From Candidatus Parcubacteria bacterium (GTDB taxonomy: Bacteria; Patescibacteriota; Patescibacteriia; CAIXNZ01): DNA of 64,000 nt. The notes under the pieces were generated by a model. That model was not told where the DNA came from and searched no databases. It saw only the letters and a program-made list of their open reading frames with translations. Below are positions 8,956 through 17,987 of the stretch, piece by piece. The position numbers and the translations under genes are program-made. The stretch is from the NCBI GenBank assembly GCA_026395685.1, contig JAPLYG010000012.1:7039-71038 (forward strand), given 5' to 3'. Position 1 is the stretch's first letter. Every line of letters begins with the position of its first letter.

Positions 8956-9927
8956 ATGTACGATATCGTCTCCATCGGCGCGGCAACAAAAGACGTTTAC
9001 TTAATCAGCAAGGACTTCAAATTAATCAAATCCAATAAATTTCCCACTGGCGTGGGGGAATGTTTTTCATATGGAGCCAAGCTGGAATTAGGCGATGTCT
9101 TTTTTGACATTGGCGGCGGAGCGACCAATTCAGCCGCAACCTTTTCCAACTTGGGATTAAAAGTAGGTATCTGCAGTCGCGTGGGCAAGGATATTTTTGG
9201 TCTGGAAATTTTGCAGCTTTTGGCTGACAAGGGGATTAGTTCCCTGGTTGTTTCTGATCACAAGCATAAGACAGCATATTCAACAATTTTAGTTATGTTC
9301 AATGGCGACCGTACAATTTTAGTTTATCGCGGCGCCAGCGCCAATTTTTCCGATAAAGATATTCACTGGGACAAATTAAAGACCAAGTGGATTTATTTAT
9401 CATCTGTTGCTGGTAGCACCAGTCTGCTCAACCGTTTGTTTGGTTATGCCAAAGCTAATAAAGTAAAAATATCATGGAATCCCGGAGGAGAAGAATTGAA
9501 GCTTGGCAAGCAGAATTTAGCGCGCTATATGAAAGACGCTTATATCTTTAATGTTAATAAAGAAGAAGCGGAAAGATTGACAGGTAAAAGGGAAATCAAG
9601 GATATTTTTAAAGAATTAAACCGTTTAAGCCCGGGATATAATTTAGTCACTGATGGCGCTAAAGGCGCGTATTTAAGCGACGGCATTTTGACTTATCATG
9701 CCCCGGCCTTAGTAACTGCAGTTAAAAATACCACGGGCGCAGGCGATGCTTTTGGCTCAGGATTTACGACCGGTATGTTATTAAAAAATGACTGGGATTA
9801 TGCTTTACGTCTGGGAATTTTAAATTCTCATGGCGTTTTGCAGGAAATGGGAGCCAAAAACGGCTTACTGAAGAGACTCCCGTCTCAAAAAGACCTTGAG
9901 CGGGTTAAAATTACTATTATTCGTTAG
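8956..9927 (+). CDS. PfkB-family carbohydrate kinase
   Basis: GGGATNSAATFSNLG and TGAGDAFGSGFTTGML signatures. Confidence 0.82.
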   Translation: MYDIVSIGAATKDVYLISKDFKLIKSNKFPTGVGECFSYGAKLELGDVFFDIGGGATNSAATFSNLGLKVGICSRVGKDIFGLEILQLLADKGISSLVVSDHKHKTAYSTILVMFNGDRTILVYRGASANFSDKDIHWDKLKTKWIYLSSVAGSTSLLNRLFGYAKANKVKISWNPGGEELKLGKQNLARYMKDAYIFNVNKEEAERLTGKREIKDIFKELNRLSPGYNLVTDGAKGAYLSDGILTYHAPALVTAVKNTTGAGDAFGSGFTTGMLLKNDWDYALRLGILNSHGVLQEMGAKNGLLKRLPSQKDLERVKITIIR

Positions 9928-10117
9928 AATAATAAATTTTGAGTTTTGACTTTTAAGCTTTGAGTTTTTTTAGTTATGCACAAGGGACTTGCATAATTTT
10001 TTCATTTGTTTTATTATGATTTAGAAATTAGTTGGCGGAAGGAAAAATGGGGGGATTTTTTATTTTAAAATATATTTTCAGCGTTAATTATTCTTAATTA
10101 ATATTAACGTATATATA

Positions 10118-10234
10118 ATGCCTATGTATAATGAACCATGTCCTGTCTGTGAAAACGATCCTTGTACCTGTGAAAGCGATTATATCTATCATGCTCCGAC
10201 TACGGGTGATACAGATGACGATTATGACTCTTAA
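10118..10234 (+). CDS. Possible small acidic Cys-rich peptide (38 aa, CPVC...CTC)
   Basis: MPMYNEPCPVCENDPCTCESDYIYHAPTTGDTDDDYDS, followed directly by a strong intrinsic terminator. No SD, but SDs are rare in this genome. Confidence 0.3.
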   Translation: MPMYNEPCPVCENDPCTCESDYIYHAPTTGDTDDDYDS

Positions 10235-10240
10235 AAGGAA

Positions 10241-10268
10241 GCCTCGCTGAAAAGCGGGGTTTTTTGAT
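10241..10268 (+). terminator. Rho-independent terminator
   Basis: GCCTCGCT-GAAA-AGCGGGG stem-loop followed by TTTTTTG. Confidence 0.6.
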
Positions 10269-10438
10269 TGTTACTAATATACTAATTAGCTACTAATCTA
10301 CTAATTTATAATTTGTAGATTTGTAGTTTATCTGTAGATATGAAACATATTTAATGAAGTTGATTTTTGGATGGGTTTTTGCTAAAATTAAGGTATTAAA
10401 TGGATACTAATCTACTAATTCGCTACGAATCTAATTAT

Positions 10439-11104
10439 ATGAAATTATATATAGTGGGTACTCCGATAGGAAATTTAGAGGATATTAGTTTAAGAGCCTT
10501 GAGAATACTCAAAGAGGTTGATTTTGTGTTATGCGAGGATACGAGGGTGACGCGGGTGCTTCTGGACAAGTATGAAATCAAGACACCGACTATTTCCTAT
10601 TTTCAGCATTCCGGGTTAACTAAGGTTAACCAGATTATTGACTTACTGAAGAACGGAAAAAATTTAGCTTTGGTTTCCGATGCTGGTACTCCTGGGATTT
10701 CTGATCCGGGCAATAAATTGATTGAATTAGTTTTAAAGGAATTGCCTGAAGTCAGGATTGAACCGATTCCCGGCGCCTGCGCAGCTATTTGCGCTTTATC
10801 CATTTCCGGTCTTCCGACTGATAAATTTATTTTTTACGGATTTTTACCTCATAAGAAAGGCAAGGAAACGATTTTGAAAGAAATTATCAGCAATAAGTTC
10901 ACTTCGGTTTTTTACGAATCAACTCATCGCATTTTAAAGACTTTAGGGAAACTGAAAGATTTGGGTCTTATGGACAAGCAGGTTGTGGTTTGCCGGGAAG
11001 TGACTAAGAAGTTTGAAACAACGTATCGCGGGAAAATTGAGGAAGTGTTGGAGAATTTGGAAAAGGATGTGACCAAGGGTGAATTTGTCGTTATTATAAG
11101 TTAA
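10439..11104 (+). CDS. rsmI: 16S rRNA (cytidine1402-2'-O)-methyltransferase RsmI
   Basis: MKLYIVGTPIGNLEDISLRALRILKEVDFVLCEDTR. The ORF track extends to 10400, but those extra codons lie in an AT-rich repeat. Confidence 0.88.
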   Translation: MKLYIVGTPIGNLEDISLRALRILKEVDFVLCEDTRVTRVLLDKYEIKTPTISYFQHSGLTKVNQIIDLLKNGKNLALVSDAGTPGISDPGNKLIELVLKELPEVRIEPIPGACAAICALSISGLPTDKFIFYGFLPHKKGKETILKEIISNKFTSVFYESTHRILKTLGKLKDLGLMDKQVVVCREVTKKFETTYRGKIEEVLENLEKDVTKGEFVVIIS

Positions 11105-11107
11105 GCT

Positions 11108-11292
11108 CGGGTATCACCGAATTCATTCGGTGATGCACCCATACAACGCCGAATGAATTCGGCGTTACCCCGGAAACGATGGGCGAAAACGCCCTTTGTC
11201 CTATTATTGTCATTCAGAGCGAAGCGAAGAATCTCTATGTTCAATTAGATCCCTCGTTACCTCGGGATGACAAAGGGCGTTTTCGTCCGTGA
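11108..11292. repeat. Family A nested palindromic element (copy 2)
   Basis: Palindromes CACCGAATTCATTCGGTG and ACGCCGAATGAATTCGGCGT. Outer inverted repeat GGGCGAAAACGCCCTTTGTC / GACAAAGGGCGTTTTCG flanks the core GTCATTCAGAGCGAAGCGAAGAATCTC...GGATGAC. Confidence 0.65.
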
Positions 11293-11323
11293 CAAATAAG
11301 CTATTAAACCAATTAACCATAAT

Positions 11324-11602
11324 ATGGAAATAAAACAACTTTTACAAAAATCCCGGGAGATTTGGGGTGAAGAAAAATTAACTTTATCACAAATTATTGC
11401 GCGTTTGGGCAAGGTTTTTGGTGATATTTGCCGTTATGAACGCAATGCGCCTAAAGATAAGGAAGTACACAATGATGAGGAATTAAAGAAGGAAATGGGT
11501 AATGTTATTTTTTCTACCATCCGCTGGTGCGAAGATTTGGGTTATGACCCTGAGGAATGTATTGACAAGGCAATCCAATGCCAGCAGGAATTTAAGAAAT
11601 AA
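11324..11602 (+). CDS. Small MazG-like nucleotide pyrophosphohydrolase
   Basis: All-alpha EExxE-type pattern: GEEKLTLSQIIARLGKVFGDICR...EELKKEMGNVIFSTIRWCEDLG. Confidence 0.5.
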   Translation: MEIKQLLQKSREIWGEEKLTLSQIIARLGKVFGDICRYERNAPKDKEVHNDEELKKEMGNVIFSTIRWCEDLGYDPEECIDKAIQCQQEFKK

Positions 11603-11620
11603 TTATTACTTTGCAATTAT

Positions 11621-11860
11621 ATGACGAAAAATAGGAAAAATGGGGTTATACTTTTAGTGGTTGGTACGATTCTTATTATTACGGCTGTGAATATGTATTT
11701 TTATTCTGATTTTTTAGTAAATCTGCTTAATCCGGCCAATCCGATAGAGCAGTTTGGACGAACAATCATAAAATACATGGCCATGGGGGATATGTTTATC
11801 AGCTTTGTCCTCTTTGGATTTGGTGTCTATTATATTAAAAAAGACGATGGTATTAATTAA
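11621..11860 (+). CDS. Small membrane protein (2 TM)
   Basis: Hydrophobic helices only. Confidence 0.35.
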   Translation: MTKNRKNGVILLVVGTILIITAVNMYFYSDFLVNLLNPANPIEQFGRTIIKYMAMGDMFISFVLFGFGVYYIKKDDGIN

Positions 11861-11866
11861 AAAAAT

Positions 11867-12496
11867 ATGTCGCAAATTTTAATTTTTGGCGATAGCATAA
11901 CTTACGGTGCCAGTGATTTGGAAGGGGGCTGGGTCAGCCGTTTGCGTAAATATGTTGATCAAAAGGGTCTGACTGATCCTGATTATTATAATTTGGTATA
12001 TAACCTGGGAATTTCCGGTAATAATACGACTGATCTTTTAAAACGTTTTGAATTTGAAGTACAGCAAAGAATTAAGGAGGAAGGGGAGACTGTTATTATT
12101 TTTTTGATTGGGACTAATGACTCTCAACTTTTTAAAGGCAAATTCAGGACTGAGCCCGTGCAATTTGAAAATAATTTACAGCAATTGTATGTTTTAGCTC
12201 AGAAATACAGCCAGAAAGTTATTTTCGTGGGTTTATTTCCCATAGATGAAAGTAAAACTTCGCCAGTTGCCTGGCATAAAGAAAAATTCTATAAAATTGA
12301 GAATATTAAAAACAATAATGATACTATTCGGAAATTTTGTGAGAAGAATGGGCTTTTATTTATTGAGATATTTGAGAATTTTATAAATCAAGATTATAAA
12401 AGTTTGCTAGATGATGGAATACACCCAACAACTTTGGGCCATGAGAAAATGTTTGAAATAATTAAAAATGATTTAATAAAGAATAAAATCATATAA
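11867..12496 (+). CDS. SGNH/GDSL-family hydrolase
   Basis: IFGDSITYG (GDS block), GTND block, and a C-terminal DDGIHPT (DxxH). Confidence 0.78.
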   Translation: MSQILIFGDSITYGASDLEGGWVSRLRKYVDQKGLTDPDYYNLVYNLGISGNNTTDLLKRFEFEVQQRIKEEGETVIIFLIGTNDSQLFKGKFRTEPVQFENNLQQLYVLAQKYSQKVIFVGLFPIDESKTSPVAWHKEKFYKIENIKNNNDTIRKFCEKNGLLFIEIFENFINQDYKSLLDDGIHPTTLGHEKMFEIIKNDLIKNKII

Positions 12497-12499
12497 TTT

Positions 12500-14074
12500 A
12501 TGCCCAAAGCTAAAACAGTAAAAACTAAGACAACTAAAACAAAAGAGTCAAAGACTTTTTATATTACCACAACTTTGCCGTATGTGAATGCTGATCCCCA
12601 TATCGGTTTTGCGGCGGAAATTGTTCGGGCTGATATTATTGCCCGTTATCAACGCACTCTGGGCAAGGATGTCTTTTTTAATACCGGTACGGATGAACAT
12701 GGTCAGAAAATTTATAATAAGGCTCTGGAAAACGGTAAGGATCCGCAGGCTTATGTTGATGAGTATGCCGCTAAATTTGAGCTTTTGGATGATACTTTAG
12801 ATTTGAGCTTTAATAGCTTTACTAGAACAACAAATCCCGAGCATGTGAATGCAGCTCAGGAATTTTGGAAACTGTGTGATAAAAAAGGTGATATCTATAA
12901 GAAAAATTATAAAATTAAATATTGCGTGGGGTGTGAATTGGAAAAAAGTGATTCAGAGCTGGTCGACGGCTGTTGTCCGCTTCATCCCAAACAAAAACTG
13001 GAAATTATTGACGAAGAAAATTATTTTTTTGCCTGGTCAAAATATCAGCAAAAACTTTTGAACCTGTATGAGGAAAATTCGGATTTTATCGTGCCCCAGC
13101 ACCGTTTGAATGAAATCAAGAATTTTGTGGCATCCGGACTTCAGGATTTTTCAATTTCCCGTTTAAAAAGTAAAATGCCCTGGGGAGTGCCGGTTCCGGG
13201 TGATGACGATCATGTGATGTATGTGTGGTTTGATGCTCTTGTTAATTATATTTCCTGCCTGGGCTGGCCTAAAGATAAAAAACAATTTAAAAAATTCTGG
13301 CCGGGAGTTCAGGTGGCGGGTAAGGATAATTTGCGACAACAAACCGCAATGTGGCAAGCAATGCTTATGTCCGCGGGTTTGCCAAATTCCAAACAGGTTT
13401 TAATTTTCGGTTTTATTAATTCCAACGGCCAGAAAATGAGTAAAAGTCTAGGAAATGTGATTAACCCGTTAGAGCTAGTGCAAAAATACGGCACAGACGC
13501 TGTCCGCTATTTTCTGGTTGCCGGCTTAACCGCGTATGAAGATAGCGATTTTACTTTTGAAAGATTTGAAGATAAATATAATTCAGCCCTGGCTAATGAA
13601 TTCGGCAACCTAGTTTCCCGCGTCCTGGCTATGACAGAAAAATATTATGGCGGCCAGGTGCCAAAATATAATGTCGACTCAGATAAATTTTTTGCCTTTG
13701 ATCTTAAGACCGACTGGGAAAAATACGATTTTTTCATGAAGAATTATAAGCTTGAAGATGCCCTCAATGTTGCCTGGGAAGATATCAGGCGCTGTAACAT
13801 ATATATTGATAGAAATAAACCCTGGGAGCTGGCTGCCAATAATGATGATGAAACTTTGCCGGATGTAATTTTTAACCTGCTGGAAACAATCCGCCAGATT
13901 AGTTGGATGATTTTGCCGTTTATGCCGCAAACAAGCGACAAGATTTTGGGGCAATTAGGATTTGATCAGGAGAAGGAAAAGGAAAAGGGGATTGAGGCTT
14001 TGCGCAAATGGGGCGGCATGAAATTGGGGCAGAAAGTTAATAAGGGTGAGAATTTATTTCCGAGGCTGGGTTAA
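12500..14074 (+). CDS. metG: Methionyl-tRNA synthetase (minimal form)
   Basis: PYVNADPHIGFA (HIGH) and KMSKSLGN (KMSKS). Zn knuckle CVGCE...CCPLH. Confidence 0.92.
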   Translation: MPKAKTVKTKTTKTKESKTFYITTTLPYVNADPHIGFAAEIVRADIIARYQRTLGKDVFFNTGTDEHGQKIYNKALENGKDPQAYVDEYAAKFELLDDTLDLSFNSFTRTTNPEHVNAAQEFWKLCDKKGDIYKKNYKIKYCVGCELEKSDSELVDGCCPLHPKQKLEIIDEENYFFAWSKYQQKLLNLYEENSDFIVPQHRLNEIKNFVASGLQDFSISRLKSKMPWGVPVPGDDDHVMYVWFDALVNYISCLGWPKDKKQFKKFWPGVQVAGKDNLRQQTAMWQAMLMSAGLPNSKQVLIFGFINSNGQKMSKSLGNVINPLELVQKYGTDAVRYFLVAGLTAYEDSDFTFERFEDKYNSALANEFGNLVSRVLAMTEKYYGGQVPKYNVDSDKFFAFDLKTDWEKYDFFMKNYKLEDALNVAWEDIRRCNIYIDRNKPWELAANNDDETLPDVIFNLLETIRQISWMILPFMPQTSDKILGQLGFDQEKEKEKGIEALRKWGGMKLGQKVNKGENLFPRLG

Positions 14075-14075
14075 T

Positions 14076-14170
14076 AACGCCCTTTGTCATTCTGAGCGAA
14101 GCGAAGAATCTACGACTTCGTAGATCCTTCACTCCGTTCAGGATGACAGTTTGAGGACAAAGGGCGTTTT
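14076..14170. repeat. Family A palindromic element (copy 3), directly after the metG stop
   Basis: CGCCCTTTGTCATTCTGAGCGAAGCGAAGAATCTACGACTTCGTAGATCC...CAGGATGAC...GACAAAGGGCG. Likely doubles as a terminator. Confidence 0.65.
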
Positions 14171-14183
14171 AGTTTAATCTTTT

Positions 14184-14873
14184 ATGCAAGTTAAGCAACT
14201 GAAATTCAATAATCATACTTTTAAGGTAAATCTCCGCGATCAGGCTGATGCCAGCGTCTTTGCGGAGATTTTTGAATTGCGAGAATATCGCAGTGCGGAA
14301 AGCATTATAAAATCAGCGCACTTTCCCATTATTGACGCGGGAGCACACGCCGGTTTTTTTGTTTTGTATTGCCGGGCGTTAAATGCTAAAATTAAGATAT
14401 ATGCACTTGAACCAGAGACGGAAAATGCTCAATTTTTAGCTAAACATTTGAAGTCTAATCGTATTCACGATGTTAAGATTTTTCAGCAGGCATTGGCTGG
14501 CAAAAGTGTGATCCGTGAATTTTTTGTTTCCGAGGATACGCACAATCATTCCTTGATTAAACCCGTGAAATATAAAGAAAAAATTTCAGTCAACTCTGAA
14601 AGCTTGTCAGAATTCTTAACTAATCATAAATTGGATCGAGTTAGCCTCCTGAAATTGGATATTGAAGGCGCAGAATACGAGGTTTTGGAAAATTTGGCTC
14701 AGAAAGATTGGCCAAAATTGGGAAATATATTATTAGAATACCATGATTTACCAGAAAAGAATCATCAGCAATTGGCTGAACTAATCCGTAGAAATGGCTT
14801 TAGTTTGGAGATTTTTCCGTCTCATTATGATAATAAACTCGGCTATATGCTGGCGAGGAATAAAATCGTTTAG
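14184..14873 (+). CDS. FkbM-family SAM-dependent methyltransferase
   Basis: DAGAHAGFF and LKLDIEGAEYEVLE motifs. Confidence 0.75.
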   Translation: MQVKQLKFNNHTFKVNLRDQADASVFAEIFELREYRSAESIIKSAHFPIIDAGAHAGFFVLYCRALNAKIKIYALEPETENAQFLAKHLKSNRIHDVKIFQQALAGKSVIREFFVSEDTHNHSLIKPVKYKEKISVNSESLSEFLTNHKLDRVSLLKLDIEGAEYEVLENLAQKDWPKLGNILLEYHDLPEKNHQQLAELIRRNGFSLEIFPSHYDNKLGYMLARNKIV

Positions 14874-14986
14874 CGTTTATCGGTATCGATAATCGTTACG
14901 TAAAATGTTTAACGTTAAACGTAACGGAAAACGCCTGCCTGCCGAAGCTTTAGCAGCGGCGAGAAACCGGATATCGAATAACTATT
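14874..14986. repeat. Family B repeat (copy 1)
   Basis: ATCGGTATCGATAATCGTTACG...TTTAACGTAACGGAAAACGCCTGCC...CGAATAACTATT. Near-identical copy at 28425-28513. Confidence 0.6.
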
Positions 14987-15040
14987 AGATAATTATTCAT
15001 TCAATAAAAATTAGTAATTTATAATTAAAAATTATTTCGT

Positions 15041-15550
15041 ATGACTATCTTTGATGTGATTTTATTAATCTGCCTGGGAGGGTTTGTACTTTTTGGTTTG
15101 TGGTTTGGCTTTATCCATACCCTGGGGTCTTTGGTCGGCACATTTGGCGGCGCTTTTCTTGCCGGCCAGTTTTATGGATTTCTGGCAAATTGGCTAGCTG
15201 CAGTTTTTGGCAATCCAAATCTGATGAAAATTTTTTCGTTTATTCTGATTTTCATAATTATTAACCGGCTGATCGGATTTGGCTTTTATGCCCTGGATAA
15301 AATGTTCAATTTTATGACCATTGTACCCTTTTTAAAGACAATTAACCGCTTGCTGGGCGGGTTCTTAGGCTTTTTTGAAGGCCTTTTGGTTGTGGGGCTC
15401 TCTTTATTCATAATTTCCAGATTCCCAGTCTCCGAGTGGTTTACCGGAGTTCTGCAGGCTTCTACCTTGGCAGGTTGGTTTATCGCGGTATCCGTAATAT
15501 TGCAGATGATGTTGCCGGAGCTGTTAAGGCAACTTAAATCAGTGATATAG
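15041..15550 (+). CDS. cvpA: CvpA-family membrane protein
   Basis: MTIFDVILLICLGGFVLFGLWFGFIHTLGSLVG and the overall TM topology. Confidence 0.55.
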   Translation: MTIFDVILLICLGGFVLFGLWFGFIHTLGSLVGTFGGAFLAGQFYGFLANWLAAVFGNPNLMKIFSFILIFIIINRLIGFGFYALDKMFNFMTIVPFLKTINRLLGGFLGFFEGLLVVGLSLFIISRFPVSEWFTGVLQASTLAGWFIAVSVILQMMLPELLRQLKSVI

Positions 15551-15672
15551 CTGAACCACTGAAATTAATTCACAGAAAACACTGAAATATAATAAACCAC
15601 TGAAATTTTCTCACTAAAAACACAGAAATATATTGAACCACTGAAACTAATTCACAGAAAACACAGAATTAT
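15551..15672. repeat. Tandem array of three ~40-bp units (family C words CCACTGAAA / CACAGAAAAC) upstream of the GxxExxY gene
   Basis: Units GAACCACTGAAATTAATTCACAGAAAACAC, AACCACTGAAATTTTCTCACTAAAAACACAG and GAACCACTGAAACTAATTCACAGAAAACACAG. Inverted copies of the same words lie at 16061-16112. Confidence 0.65.
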
Positions 15673-15679
15673 TTAATAT

Positions 15680-16060
15680 TTGAATAATATGGGGGAGTAT
15701 TTATATGAAGAATTGACATATAAAATAATTGGATCTTCTTTTGATGTCATTAAGCAGATTGGTTATGGTTATCGTGAAAAGATATATCAGCGCGCTTTAT
15801 CTGAAGAATTTGGCTCGAAAGGATTGAAATATAAAAGGGAATGTCCCATTAAAATCTATTATCGGGATAAAGTTATTGGTAAATACTATCTTGATTTTGT
15901 GGTGGATGATAAAATCGTAGTTGAATTAAAAGTCGCCAACAATTTTTATGTAAAAGACATTAAACAGGTTTTGAGTTATATGAAGGCGAATGATTATAAA
16001 TTAGGTCTGCTGATAATTATTACTAAAGATGGTGTTCGTGTAAAAAGACTTATTAATTAA
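15680..16060 (+). CDS. GxxExxY family protein
   Basis: GIGYREKIYQRAL...YYLDFVVDDKIVVELKV, matching the GxxExxY family pattern. Flanked by inverted family-C repeats. Confidence 0.7.
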   Translation: MNNMGEYLYEELTYKIIGSSFDVIKQIGYGYREKIYQRALSEEFGSKGLKYKRECPIKIYYRDKVIGKYYLDFVVDDKIVVELKVANNFYVKDIKQVLSYMKANDYKLGLLIIITKDGVRVKRLIN

Positions 16061-16116
16061 GTGAGTCTGCAATTCTGTGGATTCAGTGAATAAAATTCTG
16101 TGTTTAAACTTATACT

Positions 16117-16953
16117 ATGTTGATAGATAGCCACGCCCACCTCACCTTCAAAGACTTTGATCCCGACCTGGAGGAAGTTATTAGACGTTCTCTTGATTGT
16201 GGTACCCAAATTATCAATGCCAGTGCGGATTATGAGACCAGCGTTCAAGCTGTTGACTTGGCTCAAAATCGCGATGGCATGTGGGCTTTTATCGGCTGCC
16301 ATCCTGATGAATTGGCTAATGAAGAATTCAATATTGATAAATATAGGAAGCTGGCGTTATCAAGTAAAAAGGTGGTTGGAATAGGGGAAGTGGGCTTGGA
16401 TTATTATCGCCTTGATAACAACGCAGCTGAAATTAAATCAGAACAAAAGGAAATTTTTTTACAATTTATTAATTTGGCGCAGGAACTTGATTTGCCTCTG
16501 GTCTTACATGGACGTGGAAAGAAAGATGATCCCTATGGCGTATATGATGAGATGCTGGAAATTCTGAAGGCCGAAGTCTCCGCCTACGCTAAAGCTTCGG
16601 CGGACAGGCGAAGTATGAAGTCTGAAGTTAAAGGAGTTATTCATTGCTATGGCGGAAATTTGGAACAGGTAAAAAAGTTTATTGATTTGGGCTTTTACAT
16701 CGGTATTACCGGAATTGTGACATTTAAAAATGCCAAAGAATTGCAGGCAATAGTTAAGGAGATTTCTTTAGATAAAATGTTAATTGAAACTGACGCGCCG
16801 TTTTTAGCGCCAGATCCATATCGAGGGCAAAGGAATGAACCGAGTTATGTAAAATATGTTTGTCAGAAAATAGCGGAGCTGAAAGAATTGAGTTTTGACG
16901 AAGTGGCGAAGGCGACGCATGAGAATACTTGCAGACTATTTAATTTGAAATAA
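16117..16953 (+). CDS. tatD: TatD-family metal-dependent hydrolase/DNase
   Basis: MLIDSHAHL start; VGIGEVGLDY; IETDAPFL. Confidence 0.85.
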   Translation: MLIDSHAHLTFKDFDPDLEEVIRRSLDCGTQIINASADYETSVQAVDLAQNRDGMWAFIGCHPDELANEEFNIDKYRKLALSSKKVVGIGEVGLDYYRLDNNAAEIKSEQKEIFLQFINLAQELDLPLVLHGRGKKDDPYGVYDEMLEILKAEVSAYAKASADRRSMKSEVKGVIHCYGGNLEQVKKFIDLGFYIGITGIVTFKNAKELQAIVKEISLDKMLIETDAPFLAPDPYRGQRNEPSYVKYVCQKIAELKELSFDEVAKATHENTCRLFNLK

Positions 16954-16984
16954 TAATATACTAATAAATTTAATTTATAATTTT

Positions 16985-17896
16985 ATGGGAGAAAAAATTA
17001 CTACGTCGAAAATAGAAGAGCCTAGGAGTAGCGAAACCCAGGAAAAACTGGAAAAGAATTTTGAAATAAAAAAACAGTATCAAGAGCAATTTAATGCCCT
17101 TAAAGATACTGGGGTGATTGAACTTTTACCTAAATCGGGTAAGTATGGTGTTTATGATATTAGTGGCAATGAATGTCCGATACCAAGTTATGAGGAAATT
17201 CTGCAAAGAATGGAAGTAAAAGATGCGCTCCTAGAAAAGAAACGAGAACAGGTATTTACACAATTACTGCTAGTGCCGATCGGCACGCCACTATCTTTTT
17301 TGATTGACCGCGCCAGGGATTTGATCATCAAAAAGTATAATCAGGGTAAATTGCTGGATTTGGATGGTAATAAACTTTGGGTGGCGGAAAAGGAAGATCC
17401 AATATACGTTGACGGCATTTACGAAAACGCTGATTTGAGCGGGGATCTGGTGTATTATCCTCAAAAGTTTGATAAGCAGAACCATGGCGGTAAGACTAAG
17501 GGGGAATTAATTGCTGAATCAGGCAGTTGGCAAGTTATATTGATTAAAGACTTACCTAATTTGAAGGCTAAATCAAAGAAACATTTTGAAGCTGACAAAA
17601 GTCCATCAGAATATCTGGAGGAGATACAGACGGATAAGCAACATAAAGGTGAAGAATTTACTACGCCCGAAGCCTGGCTTACATATTTTATACAGTATTT
17701 ACAAATGCATAACCTAGTTATAGATGAGTACCGCCTTTTTGGTACAAGATGTTTTAATGTCGGAGCATATTTGAAAATCTCAAACAGTGTTCCGCTTACC
17801 TCTTGGAATACGTTTCATGGTGGTTTGGAACTGACTAGCAATATTTCTTATTTTCGCAATCCTGCAAATGGAACGCGTTCTGTTGTAAGGATTTAA
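16985..17896 (+). CDS. Hypothetical protein
   Basis: Long ORF with no recognisable motif. Confidence 0.4.
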   Translation: MGEKITTSKIEEPRSSETQEKLEKNFEIKKQYQEQFNALKDTGVIELLPKSGKYGVYDISGNECPIPSYEEILQRMEVKDALLEKKREQVFTQLLLVPIGTPLSFLIDRARDLIIKKYNQGKLLDLDGNKLWVAEKEDPIYVDGIYENADLSGDLVYYPQKFDKQNHGGKTKGELIAESGSWQVILIKDLPNLKAKSKKHFEADKSPSEYLEEIQTDKQHKGEEFTTPEAWLTYFIQYLQMHNLVIDEYRLFGTRCFNVGAYLKISNSVPLTSWNTFHGGLELTSNISYFRNPANGTRSVVRI

Positions 17897-17987
17897 TATT
17901 TTAGGAAATTAGATTTTAATAATTTTAGGGCTTTACTTTTTTTATTTTGAAATTTAGTAATTTTTTGTTAGTAAATTAGTATAAAAT

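Noticed and set aside
8956-9927. Calling the PfkB kinase specifically ribokinase or IolC
   Set aside because: Only family-level motifs are visible. Substrate specificity cannot be assigned from sequence by eye.
15551-15672. Possible CRISPR array (three ~40-bp direct repeats)
   Set aside because: The repeats are contiguous with no unique spacers and only three units. No cas genes are nearby; the UvrD-Cas4-like fusion at 31158 is a repair-type helicase-nuclease. The repeats belong to the dispersed family C.
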